DNA from: a virus
IMG/VR virus record: IMGVR_UViG_3300045988_075559
Direction: 5' to 3' (one strand)
DNA length: 43,985 nt
Made by a program: the position numbers and the translations under genes. The notes under the pieces are model-generated. The model was not told where the DNA came from. It saw only the letters and a list, made by a program, of their open reading frames with translations, and ran no database searches. This document shows, piece after piece, positions 1 to 9,001 of this stretch (positions within the stretch are counted from its first letter, which is position 1; each line of letters opens with the position of its first letter).

Positions 1-99
1 ATTTTTTTTGTCTCTTTCTCTGTGGCTTTTGCTTTATCTACGCTGAGTAACTTTTCAATTAAATTCCTATTCTTTCCTCCTATGCATCTATTGTGTTAA
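1..99. repeat. Terminal direct repeat, left copy (identical to 43887-43985)
   Basis: attttttttgtctctttctctgtggc...catctattgtgttaa occurs at both ends. This is most simply a circular-assembly overlap. Confidence 0.95.
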
Positions 100-514
100 G
101 TACTTCGAAGCTGCTGAAGTTAAACGGTATAGATTCCTCAAGCAGCTTACCTGCTTCCCAGTCCGCAAGTGTCAGCTCCGTGAACACGCAGTTATCTAAG
201 CGAATTCTTTCTGCTCCAAATGCTTCTGGATCTTCCAGGTTTGTGATGATCGTTGCTCTTGTTGCTTTTCCTTTTTTTAAATTCTCTGAAATCTTCTTTA
301 TGAAATAAGATGTCACTTTATTCAGCTTCAAGGTTCCAGATCCGCTAATCCCGGTTACCTTATACCCCTTTTCCAGCGTTCCGGTTCTCTTAACTTCTGT
401 CGTGTCAAGCTTCATTTTCGCCTGCAAAGCTGTCGTTTCTGCCATGTAGTCATTGTCTATCCAGCACTCTCCAAAAGTGCCGTTGACAACTCTGTCATCT
501 GTATAATTATTCCT
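80..514 (-). CDS. Tail tube protein (XkdM-like), proposed AGG start
   Basis: The ORF-track Met (445) is internal. The upstream in-frame codons NNYTDDRVVNGTFGECWIDNDY continue an XkdM-type N-terminus. There is no ATG/GTG/TTG in frame back to the sheath stop (527-529). AGG 512-514 lies 7 nt after GGAGG (522-526). Stop is TAG 80-82. Confidence 0.8.
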   Translation of the reverse strand, partial: RNNYTDDRVVNGTFGECWIDNDYMAETTALQAKMKLDTTEVKRTGTLEKGYKVTGISGSGTLKLNKVTSYFIKKISENLKKGKATRATIITNLEDPEAFGAERIRLDNCVFTELTLADWEAGKLLEESIPFNFSSFEVLNTIDA

Positions 515-526
515 TTTGTTTCCTCC

Positions 527-1606
527 TTACACAGCAATCTCCAGATTAATGTCTTCCATTACGTCCACGATCGTCACGTATGCCTTCAGAAAAACTTTAT
601 TATCGGTATACTGCTTTTTGATTTCCTCCTCTGACATTGCTTCTGCTTCGTCTCTGGAGACCTCCTTGTTTTCGATGATATATTCTTTTATCGCTTCTGT
701 ATCCAAGCCAATTTCATAGTCCTGTATCAGCCCGTTTCTTTCCAACTCTTTCAAGTAAGAATTGATCGCTGATATCAGGAGGCATTTGTTACTGTATGTG
801 TTTGGATACTTTCCGATATAGTTATCCTCGGCCAGCAGCACCAAATCGTCGTGGATCATATCCATTGTCTCTACAACACGGATTTTTTTCCACGAATCAG
901 CTTTTCCTTTCTGAACTGTCGTCAGAGAGTTGACGCCTTTTGCTACTTTTACTTTTTCTCCATCGTAGAACACAACAAATTTTCCTGAATCCACAGCAGT
1001 ATCCAGTGCATCTTTATCCAGTTTTTCACATGCGCTTACTTCTTCCAACACGGCAAATGTAGATGATATTTTATACGATGTTCCCGCAAGAAGTCCGGCG
1101 ATCCTGGAACAGAACGCCTCTGGCGTATATTTCTTATTGTTTACAATCACTTCGCTCGTTGCATAATTTATAATGCCTTCATTGTCCGCCGTATTATCAG
1201 GCAGAATTGCCTTTACCCTGTTCCTATTGCCATCTCTCTGCTCTTTTACCCATGTCAGGACGCTTTCTTCCTGTCCATCAGTCTTTACAGTCGGACAGCA
1301 CAGCCATGTTACTTTTTTGATTTCAAAGTATTCTAAAGCCTTGCTGTAATTTTCTTCTATTTTTTCAAGGACATATACAACTACCTTTCTTGGAGTTGTG
1401 TCATTTCCTTTCAGCGCAAATTTGATCTGTTCTTTGCTTTCTTCACTAAATGCTTCCGGGATATCTTTTTCACTGTAAATAACAGTCGGGTTTGCGGTTG
1501 GTACCGTTGTTTCTTTTATGATCATTCCAACCGTTCCACGTTCAGCTCGTCTTATTGTTTTTCTCGCCGCTGCCACAAAGACAACGTTCATTGTTGGTAA
1601 GCCCCT
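527..1606 (-). CDS. Contractile tail sheath protein (XkdK-like), proposed AGG start
   Basis: Sheath-like 354-aa ORF directly upstream of the tube gene. AGG 1604-1606 is 9 nt after GGAGG (1616-1620), overlaps the upstream stop TAG (1605-1607), and adds GLPT before the ORF-track Met (1591), which has no SD. Confidence 0.8.
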   Translation of the reverse strand, partial: RGLPTMNVVFVAAARKTIRRAERGTVGMIIKETTVPTANPTVIYSEKDIPEAFSEESKEQIKFALKGNDTTPRKVVVYVLEKIEENYSKALEYFEIKKVTWLCCPTVKTDGQEESVLTWVKEQRDGNRNRVKAILPDNTADNEGIINYATSEVIVNNKKYTPEAFCSRIAGLLAGTSYKISSTFAVLEEVSACEKLDKDALDTAVDSGKFVVFYDGEKVKVAKGVNSLTTVQKGKADSWKKIRVVETMDMIHDDLVLLAEDNYIGKYPNTYSNKCLLISAINSYLKELERNGLIQDYEIGLDTEAIKEYIIENKEVSRDEAEAMSEEEIKKQYTDNKVFLKAYVTIVDVMEDINLEIAV

Positions 1607-2039
1607 AGTCTTTTACCTCCTGTCCAAGCATAAGTATTTTCATTGTTTCAACATTTTCCTGTCTTTCAATCCGGTCCCAGAACTCTATGTCGAATCTACA
1701 CATTGGTACATTTGCATTTTCTCCCTGGAAGGTTAATTCCATGTCGCTTGTGTTTAAGCTTCTGCTGCCTACTGTCAGTTTCTGCCCGAACATTTCTTCC
1801 ATTATGGCGAAAAAATCTGTTCCATCTGCCTCGTTTGCCGCTTTTTGTATGTAATAGATTTCAGCCTCTACATTCTTATGTCTGGCATTTTTTGTTGATT
1901 CTAAAAAGGTCTGTGTTATATATACAAAAAAAGAAGGTCTGGTATAGCCTTCTATTGTATCGGCGCCATAGATTTTGTATTCCGGATATCTTTCTTTTAA
2001 AGCGGAATTGACCGCTTTCTTTATTTCTTTAAGAGTCAA
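1605..2039 (-). CDS. Head-tail joining / tail completion protein (family not recognised)
   Basis: TTG start 6 nt after AGGAGG; 144 aa. It occupies the slot between the gp10-like gene and the sheath. Confidence 0.6.
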   Translation of the reverse strand: MTLKEIKKAVNSALKERYPEYKIYGADTIEGYTRPSFFVYITQTFLESTKNARHKNVEAEIYYIQKAANEADGTDFFAIMEEMFGQKLTVGSRSLNTSDMELTFQGENANVPMCRFDIEFWDRIERQENVETMKILMLGQEVKD

Positions 2040-2529
2040 TTCCAGCCTCCTTTAATATTTTGTCAAGCAGTTCCTGTCCGATCAGCTCTGCGTAATCCGC
2101 ACGCTGCGCCATATATCTTGCAACTGTCTTTCTTCCTTTTACTTCTCCGACTTTCTTTCCAGTTCCTGCTTTTCCTCTTCCTTTCTTGTCCTTCCGATTA
2201 TGTGTAACCATATCATGGCCAAGTTCGTACAAATGATAATGAGGAGCTGATGACGTTACGGCGATTGTCATTTTACTTCCGGAACGGATTACTCTTCCCT
2301 GCCGGAAGCTCTTGCTTAATGGCTTCTGTGTTTCTTCGTCACTGCTGTTCTTTCCCCGCCGATAATGATGCCCTTTTGCTTCAGAATTTACTCGTTTTTG
2401 TAAATCCTTAGCAATATTTTTCGCTTCTTTCTTTAAAACTTTTTCCGCAGATGCAGGATATTGTTTTGTCGCCTTCTCCATTGCCTGGATCAGTTCCGAA
2501 GCGTCAAAATCAAAGTTGATACTTGACAC
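2029..2529 (-). CDS. HK97 gp10-family head-tail protein
   Basis: GTG 2527-2529 is 9 nt after AGGAGG. The ...SSAPHYHLYELGH... pattern fits the family. The ORF-track extension to 2601 overlaps the upstream gene and lacks an SD. Confidence 0.6.
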   Translation of the reverse strand: MSSINFDFDASELIQAMEKATKQYPASAEKVLKKEAKNIAKDLQKRVNSEAKGHHYRRGKNSSDEETQKPLSKSFRQGRVIRSGSKMTIAVTSSAPHYHLYELGHDMVTHNRKDKKGRGKAGTGKKVGEVKGRKTVARYMAQRADYAELIGQELLDKILKEAGIDS

Positions 2530-2854
2530 TTTCGAACACCTCCTCACATTGGATTTCCAGCATTCTGTGCGCATTATCCATATCAAGCGGTGGGCCTGCA
2601 ATGGAAAACATGTGTCCCTGATACAAAATCCTCATATCTGCAGTAATATCTTTTCGGAAGCGGATGTACATCCTGTGTGTAACCTCCGGCTTTAATTTGC
2701 TCATGAAATTGTATTCTGATGCTTTGTATGGTTTTACAGTTGCCCATACTGTCCGATATTTTTTCCACTCGGATTTGTCCTGACCCATTTCATCTTCTGA
2801 AGTGTTCAGGCGGAGAAATGTGATCCGCCTGTTTAGTTTTCCGATATCAACCAT
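2510..2854 (-). CDS. Head closure / head-tail adaptor protein (SPP1 gp16-like)
   Basis: ATG 2852-2854 is 6 nt after GGAGG. The MVDIGKLNRRITF...WATVKP...THRMYIRFR pattern fits the family. Confidence 0.65.
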   Translation of the reverse strand: MVDIGKLNRRITFLRLNTSEDEMGQDKSEWKKYRTVWATVKPYKASEYNFMSKLKPEVTHRMYIRFRKDITADMRILYQGHMFSIAGPPLDMDNAHRMLEIQCEEVFESVKYQL

Positions 2855-3131
2855 TTTCTTCCTCCAGTTGTGACGCCTGTAGCTGAAGAACCATTGATCC
2901 GACCACATGTGTCAGTCGTTGTTTGTCTGCTTCCTTTACTGTCAGCACACGATTTTCGTAGAGATCCTGTATGATAAGCATGAATAACATCTGCGTTTTT
3001 GGATTCTTCTCATCACATTTCCCGACAGCATCTTTTATGTACTCTTTTGCAGCGTTCATCATCAGTTCTATGGTCATGTCGTCTGCATCATCGTCGATTC
3101 GTAGATACTCTTTTACTGCATCAATATCCAC
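2847..3131 (-). CDS. gp6-like head-tail connector protein
   Basis: GTG start. MDIDAVKEYLRIDDDADD...AAKEYI matches the signature of head-tail connector proteins. Confidence 0.65.
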   Translation of the reverse strand: MDIDAVKEYLRIDDDADDMTIELMMNAAKEYIKDAVGKCDEKNPKTQMLFMLIIQDLYENRVLTVKEADKQRLTHVVGSMVLQLQASQLEEENG

Positions 3132-3147
3132 AGTTCACCGCCTTATC

Positions 3148-4302
3148 TCATACTCCTGTAACAGTTGCATCTTTAATTGTCAGCTGCCCGTTCACGAACG
3201 CTTCTTCGTCTTTCACCGTGCAGTCTTCCCTTTCGATTGCCCTGAAGATTGTAAGATCTTCTTCAAATGCATTCAGTTCTCCGATCTGGGCGATGTTAGA
3301 TGTCATAAGAGTCATCTGGTTTCTATCCCAGAATTTGATACCCTCTTTCAAATCTCCGATAATAACTGGTATCTTTCTACTTCCTGCTGTCTTTGTATCG
3401 GATGGCATATCGGAGTTTGGAATAACTTTGACAGGAACAATTGTTGATCCAGCGCAAAGTCTAAGCTGCATTGGATTTGCAGGATCCGGCTGGAGAAGAT
3501 ATCTTCCTTCGTTATCCTTTAATGTATCAAGCCACTGTAACCCATCGTCGTTTGTCACAATTGCAGAAGTAGGTTTAAATGCCTGTCCAAGCGTGATATT
3601 CAATGCTTTCTTGATATCATCAAGATCTTTCATTGCTGTTACATCCTTTGTCGCAATCTGCTCAAGAATCATTTTATTTCTTGTGACTCTTGACTCATCC
3701 GCAATCCATGTTGTCAAAGCTCCCGTAATATTTGCATCTGTATCCGCAAGAAGTTCATTTGTGCAAGGAAAATATCCTGCATATTTTTCAATCTCGTATG
3801 AGATTCTTTCGAACTGCGGGGTTGTTCCAGCTGTTATCTTTCCACCTTCTCCCACTTTCGCAAACCCAGTCTGCTGCGCACGTTTCTTATAGGTTCTCTG
3901 GCCTTTGTTTGTTGTTACATTTTCTACATCAACCAGGCTGATCAGAGAGAATTTTGCGCCTCTGTATGTATTGATCTGTGTCTGGATGTCTTCCGGGACT
4001 GTATATCCTCCATCTGCAGGTGTGCCTTCTACCATAGTTGCGTTTCGGAATCCTCTTCTTGCAGCATTAGCAAATTCTTTGATAGAGTTATTTTCTAACG
4101 GTTTCGGTTCCTGTGATGGATTGGCTGTTCCATCTCCGTCTGGATCCATGATGTCTTTCAGAAGGTCAAACTGTTCCTGCATATCTTTAAGTTCTTCCTT
4201 GGCTGTTCTTGCTTCTTCCAGCTTTCCCTGCTCTACCAGGGACTGTACCATTGTTTTTTTCTCATTAATAGAGTTTAAAAGTTCTAATAATTTTTTATTC
4301 CT
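3148..4302 (-). CDS. Major capsid protein (HK97 fold type), proposed AGG start
   Basis: Capsid-like 367-aa ORF downstream of the protease. AGG 4300-4302 is 5 nt after GGAGG (4308-4312) and adds NKKLLELLNSINEKKT, a coiled-coil N-terminus. No ATG/GTG/TTG lies in frame before 4251, and that ATG lacks an SD. Confidence 0.85.
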   Translation of the reverse strand, partial: RNKKLLELLNSINEKKTMVQSLVEQGKLEEARTAKEELKDMQEQFDLLKDIMDPDGDGTANPSQEPKPLENNSIKEFANAARRGFRNATMVEGTPADGGYTVPEDIQTQINTYRGAKFSLISLVDVENVTTNKGQRTYKKRAQQTGFAKVGEGGKITAGTTPQFERISYEIEKYAGYFPCTNELLADTDANITGALTTWIADESRVTRNKMILEQIATKDVTAMKDLDDIKKALNITLGQAFKPTSAIVTNDDGLQWLDTLKDNEGRYLLQPDPANPMQLRLCAGSTIVPVKVIPNSDMPSDTKTAGSRKIPVIIGDLKEGIKFWDRNQMTLMTSNIAQIGELNAFEEDLTIFRAIEREDCTVKDEEAFVNGQLTIKDATVTGV

Positions 4303-4319
4303 TATATCCTCCGTTCCGC

Positions 4320-4982
4320 TCAGATACCATACTGATCTAAGTCTCTTAATATTTCTTTTTTCTGCTGTTCTTTTGCTTCCTGGGCTTCTTTTTCCTGTTT
4401 TACTTTATTGCGTATTTCATCCGTCAGTCTGACTCCGCACACGCAATTAAAGAACTGCTGCCCTGAATTCTCGATCTTATCAATAAATCCAAGTTCAAGA
4501 GCCTTCTCTGCTGTGATCCATGTTTCCTTATCCATCATTTTCAGGATTTCATCTTTTGATCTTCCTGTTTTTTTTGCATACGCTTCCGAAAGCGCACTGT
4601 TCATTGTTTTCAGGATTTCTGCGTTCTTCTGCATATCATGATAATCTCCGGAAGCTCCTGACATTGAGACATTGTGGATCATTATAGTCGCAACAGGGCT
4701 CATTTTGCATGTGTTTGCCATTGCAATCACACTGGCTGCACTACCAGCAAGCGATTGAATGTTGATTTCCACGTCACTTCTTCCGGCAAGAATAGAATAG
4801 ATTTCCTGTCCTGCCATCACAGAGCCGCCGCCTGAGTTTATGTTTACCGTGAGTGTTTCTCCTGGTTGAAGAGAGGCAATTGCATTCCTGATATCATTCG
4901 GACATGTGGAATCCCAGTCCAGCCAGTCGTAAATCCATTTATCATCATTGCTGATGATATCCCCTCTTACATCAATCTCCAT
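4320..4982 (-). CDS. ClpP-family (S14) prohead maturation protease
   Basis: ATG 4980-4982 is 8 nt after GGAGG. Motifs: ...NINSGGGSVMAG...LAGSAASVIA...IMIHN. Confidence 0.85.
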   Translation of the reverse strand: MEIDVRGDIISNDDKWIYDWLDWDSTCPNDIRNAIASLQPGETLTVNINSGGGSVMAGQEIYSILAGRSDVEINIQSLAGSAASVIAMANTCKMSPVATIMIHNVSMSGASGDYHDMQKNAEILKTMNSALSEAYAKKTGRSKDEILKMMDKETWITAEKALELGFIDKIENSGQQFFNCVCGVRLTDEIRNKVKQEKEAQEAKEQQKKEILRDLDQYGI

Positions 4983-6252
4983 CTCCTTCACCTCCCTGTG
5001 TGTTAACTCCGTAAGCCGCGCCTATATGTGTTATTGGCTGATACGTTCCGTTTACCATGTTGACATCTCCTCCGTCCACGAAAGGAAGATCAAGGAGATC
5101 TCTCCCCTCATTGATCGTATAGATTCCGTTCTGCACGTATCCAGTTATTACTTCCTTCTGTGTCTTTGAATCCGTTCTCAATAATGCTTTTTCGTTGAAT
5201 TTAAAATAATATCCTTCTTTTTTCTCAGTATCAGAAAGACATTTATAGTTTATCTCCTGCTCGTACTGTGACAATCTATAGCTCATCGTGTCCACCAGGA
5301 ATGCCAACTGCTGGCTTTCAGAATTTGAATAGCTTGACTTATCATAATCGTTTAGCTGATTTGGTTTAATTCCGAATGCTGCTGCAATCTGCAATGCCGT
5401 ATATTTTTTTATCTCTGCATACTGCGCATCTGCCAGAGTTACGTTTAGTGGCTGCAGTGTCATACCAACTGGTACCGCCACCACTTTACCTGCGTTTTTA
5501 GCGCCTGAAAGTAATGCGTTGTATTCCTTTTGCAAGGCCATACGCTTTGGTTTATCAAGGTCTCCTGTATACTGCAACGCTGCCTTTGCGGTTAATCCGC
5601 TAGCATACAGCTGATTCAAGTATTTCTGTGACTCCACTGCGCCCGAAATTGAATCCTGTAAGATCTGCCTTACCGGTTTTCCCATGATTCCATTAAGTGT
5701 GCACCATGTTTTAAAGTGCATAACATTATCCTGTGAAAAAGTGTATGTCTTTCCGGTCTTAGGATCGCTGTATCGATAATACAGCCTTCCTGCGTCTCCG
5801 AACACTCCCACATCATCCATTAGCACATCCACATAATTGCTCTGCATAGGCCAGAATGAAAGAATGTTGTATTCTCCTCCATATCTTCCCTTTTTCTCGA
5901 ATTTCGTCTGTATCCATACATACGCATTTCCATAATGTTCACAATTATATTCTATCGTGCCCCAGAACGTCGCCGGAGTCATGATCTGATTTGGTCTGTT
6001 CATAAGGAGCCATGAAGCTCTCGTCGGATCTGCCCGTATTTTTCCCTTATCGGTCTGCTTATAAAATTTCAGTGGCATTTTCCCCATTGTTTCTGAAAGC
6101 ATTTTTAAGCATGTAAAATACGTTACTTCTCCAATTGCATTTCGTGGGGTTTTTGGATCAATTCCAAGCCACTCCATTAGCCTTTCATCATCTATTGATG
6201 TAGGCTCTCCAACAAGGGAATTCCACATTTCTTTAATTTTCTGTAGAATCCT
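4972..6252 (-). CDS. Portal protein (HK97 family), proposed AGG start
   Basis: Portal-like 418-aa ORF after TerL. AGG 6250-6252 is 7 nt after GAGGAG (6260-6265) and adds ILQKIKE. The ORF-track ATG 6226-6228 has no SD. Confidence 0.8.
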   Translation of the reverse strand, partial: RILQKIKEMWNSLVGEPTSIDDERLMEWLGIDPKTPRNAIGEVTYFTCLKMLSETMGKMPLKFYKQTDKGKIRADPTRASWLLMNRPNQIMTPATFWGTIEYNCEHYGNAYVWIQTKFEKKGRYGGEYNILSFWPMQSNYVDVLMDDVGVFGDAGRLYYRYSDPKTGKTYTFSQDNVMHFKTWCTLNGIMGKPVRQILQDSISGAVESQKYLNQLYASGLTAKAALQYTGDLDKPKRMALQKEYNALLSGAKNAGKVVAVPVGMTLQPLNVTLADAQYAEIKKYTALQIAAAFGIKPNQLNDYDKSSYSNSESQQLAFLVDTMSYRLSQYEQEINYKCLSDTEKKEGYYFKFNEKALLRTDSKTQKEVITGYVQNGIYTINEGRDLLDLPFVDGGDVNMVNGTYQPITHIGAAYGVNTQGGEGDGD

Positions 6253-7996
6253 TCAATATCTCCTCAATAAAATTATCAATGTAATCTCCGTAATCGTCTC
6301 CGAATGCATGAAACATTGCCAGCTTATACGCACATAGTGTTGCATCCACCGGGTCGATTCTCTTTGTTGTTGCATCTTTATCAATTTTGATCAATCCATT
6401 GTTCTGCCGGATTACCGCATTACTCATCGCATAATTCAGCAGAGGATTGTAAGTATATATAATATTTCTGCAAAATACCTGCTCTCTGAATCCCTGTGTT
6501 GCTTCGTTTAAATGTTTGTGGCTCTGAAATACTTCTTCGACATCGTATCCTTCATCTGACAGATCCATCATTAATTTACTTGCATTTGCAGGGTCAAAGC
6601 ACAGGCATTGTATTTTTAATTTCATTTTTTCGCAGGTCTCAAGAACATATCTCATAACTGCTCCCTGATCTACGATCGGAGTGTTTGTTACCTCCAGAAA
6701 TCCCATACGTTCCCACGCGTCATAGGCAACCTTGTCTTTTATAATATGTTCCTGAAGCTTCTCCCTTGTCGGGATAAAACTGTGTGACCAAAGAATATAC
6801 TTTACTATTTCTTTTCTATTCGCATCATATTCCCCGGATAAAAATGGAATCATAAACGCCACTGATGTAAGATCTGTCTTTGCGGACATATCGAAACCTA
6901 CATACACCGGATGTCCCGTTATATCAAATGGTAATTCATTCACCTGGCAGGCTTTCCATTTCGACATGTCCATATACCCATTCTCTTTCGCCTGCACCCA
7001 GACATCCAGACATTTTGTGAGGAAGGCCGTCATATGTTCTGGCTGTTCTCTGGCAATCTTATATTCACCGCGAATCTTATCGACACCTTCCGGATATGTC
7101 ATTCTAATCGGATTAGCTTTCTTCCAAGTCTCTTCGTTATCCAGATTTGAAATGTCTTCATAATCTTCCGGGTCCATCTCACAAATGTCGATTAGATATT
7201 CATCATTCTCCACGTCCGTGTTTGGATCCAACACCTTGGAACAATACTGATACTCAGTCACATAACAAGGATAAGTTAAATCCATTCCAGCTGTTGTTAT
7301 GATCATCAAGAGCGGCTCTTTTGTGTTTGATCCTATTCCTAAATCATAGAACTCCGTGGTTTTGTGCTGATGATACTCATCCAAAACCAGAAGTGCAGGG
7401 TTTGTACCATCCCCGGACTTTCCATCGTCTTTTGATAATGGTTTGATTGTGCTATTGCTTTTCAGATGTTTTATACAGTCCCTGGTTACCTTAAATTTCA
7501 TCCTCAAAGGTGATCCTTGAAGCATTAATCCGGCTTCCCCGAATACAATCTTGGACTGATCGCGTTTTGTGCCGGCGGTATAAATCTCGTATACTTCTCC
7601 GTTCTTGGTTGATGTAACTGCTGCCTCATAGAGTGCAATACCTGCCTCTTCCTGAGATTTCGCATTCTTTCTAGCCACTTCTGTGAAATATTTCTTAAAA
7701 CGTCGATATCCGGTATCTTTATGCACCCATCCGTACAGCTGGCAGATTCTAAATCTCTGCCATGGTGTTAGAATGATCGGTTGCTTTGCCAGAACTCCTT
7801 TACTATGTCGTAAGAGCGCAAACCATTCTACAATGTTCTCTGCCTGTCTTTCATTCCACACATACGGGAAATCCAATTGACCGATTCGGTCAATATCTTT
7901 CAACAATCTTTTGCAGGCCCATATGTGTTTCCTGCCGCTGATAATCTTTCCAGAGATACAATCTAATGCGTATTGTTTTAATTCATCAAGGATCAT
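6233..7996 (-). CDS. terL: Terminase large subunit
   Basis: 587 aa with ATPase and nuclease halves. The ATG overlaps the TerS stop (ATGA coupling). Confidence 0.9.
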   Translation of the reverse strand: MILDELKQYALDCISGKIISGRKHIWACKRLLKDIDRIGQLDFPYVWNERQAENIVEWFALLRHSKGVLAKQPIILTPWQRFRICQLYGWVHKDTGYRRFKKYFTEVARKNAKSQEEAGIALYEAAVTSTKNGEVYEIYTAGTKRDQSKIVFGEAGLMLQGSPLRMKFKVTRDCIKHLKSNSTIKPLSKDDGKSGDGTNPALLVLDEYHQHKTTEFYDLGIGSNTKEPLLMIITTAGMDLTYPCYVTEYQYCSKVLDPNTDVENDEYLIDICEMDPEDYEDISNLDNEETWKKANPIRMTYPEGVDKIRGEYKIAREQPEHMTAFLTKCLDVWVQAKENGYMDMSKWKACQVNELPFDITGHPVYVGFDMSAKTDLTSVAFMIPFLSGEYDANRKEIVKYILWSHSFIPTREKLQEHIIKDKVAYDAWERMGFLEVTNTPIVDQGAVMRYVLETCEKMKLKIQCLCFDPANASKLMMDLSDEGYDVEEVFQSHKHLNEATQGFREQVFCRNIIYTYNPLLNYAMSNAVIRQNNGLIKIDKDATTKRIDPVDATLCAYKLAMFHAFGDDYGDYIDNFIEEILKDSTEN

Positions 7997-8502
7997 ATTG
8001 CACCAAACCGGTTTTCAATTTCTTTCTGCTGCTTATTCACTTTTGCCGTGCCGGCTTTCAGTCTCGAATCAATTGTCAATCCACACAAGGCAGCAAAGCG
8101 TCGCATTTCTTCCGCATATCCTTTCTGAATGTCTACCATCGGATTCTTTACGACAATTACTCCGGTTCTGGTTTCTCTGTCAACATAATATGTCTGCTGA
8201 CTTAATATTTCTGTGGCTTTTACATAGTTTGCGAACGCATTACAATAGCCTCCGATATTATTCCTGTCCAGGTTTCCGACTATATTTAGTTTATCCAACT
8301 CTTTTATGATCCTGCGCCATTCTTTTTTTGCCACATCATCTATCAGCCATGTCGGAGGACGTTTGAGCTGGTTTTTCTCTGTTCTTACCTGGTCTTCTGC
8401 GTCTGCTTTCTTTTGTCCTTCTACTATTGTCAGGTGCTTTTTCTGCAAGCTGACTGGTTTCATTGGTCTTGCCCTTGTCCTCCCTCCTCTCTGGCCTGCC
8501 AA
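7993..8502 (-). CDS. terS: Terminase small subunit (P27 family)
   Basis: TTG 8500-8502 gives MAGQRGGRTRARP, the usual family N-terminus. ATG 8542-8544 is an alternative. Neither has a clear SD. Confidence 0.65.
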   Translation of the reverse strand: MAGQRGGRTRARPMKPVSLQKKHLTIVEGQKKADAEDQVRTEKNQLKRPPTWLIDDVAKKEWRRIIKELDKLNIVGNLDRNNIGGYCNAFANYVKATEILSQQTYYVDRETRTGVIVVKNPMVDIQKGYAEEMRRFAALCGLTIDSRLKAGTAKVNKQQKEIENRFGAI

Positions 8503-8578
8503 CTTTTTTATTGTTTTGGGAATTTTGCAGAAAGAAAGGGGCATACGTGGTCGTGGGAGATCCGTTCAAAACTTTTTT

Positions 8579-8980
8579 CTATCCCCCGGTGGTCTTGAAA
8601 CGCATCTGAAAGTCTCTCAATTCCTCCTGCACTACCGTCTTTCCCTCTTTCTCATATCGTTTATGTATCTCTTTATGTCCAGCTCTTGAGACTGGAATCA
8701 AATTTGAATCTGAATAGAACAAATCAGGTCTGTCTTGTGATAGCTCAATATGATGTGCCGTATCTGCTGTTACTATTCTGTTGTACTTGTACAATATATA
8801 GATATCCAGTCCATCATAACTGTTAAGTACAAACTGTCTCAGATTCTTCCATCGTTGTGTGTGATATTCTTTCTTTATTCCGGTCGGCTTCGCGTACTCT
8901 CTGATGTTGTTCTTTCTGCACGGGCAGGTAGTTCCTGCCGGTACCCTACCCCCACATCTACCACATCGTTTGTATATCAT
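8579..8980 (-). CDS. HNH endonuclease (packaging-associated)
   Basis: ATG 8978-8980 is 5 nt after GGAGGG. Zinc-knuckle Cys pairs plus HHIELSQ...NLIPVSRAGHKEIH. The ORF-track extension to 9028 would overlap a tRNA. Confidence 0.8.
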   Translation of the reverse strand: MIYKRCGRCGGRVPAGTTCPCRKNNIREYAKPTGIKKEYHTQRWKNLRQFVLNSYDGLDIYILYKYNRIVTADTAHHIELSQDRPDLFYSDSNLIPVSRAGHKEIHKRYEKEGKTVVQEELRDFQMRFKTTGG

Positions 8981-9001
8981 GCCATCCCTCCTGTTCTCTG
9001 A

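Noticed and set aside
2971-4432. Long plus-strand ORFs (e.g. 2999-3892, 3905-4432; similar ones antisense to the terminase, tape measure and ParB-like genes)
   Set aside because: They are antisense to well-supported minus-strand genes. Their products are low-complexity and rich in Ser/Phe/Ile/Leu, and they have no SD. These are typical shadow ORFs.
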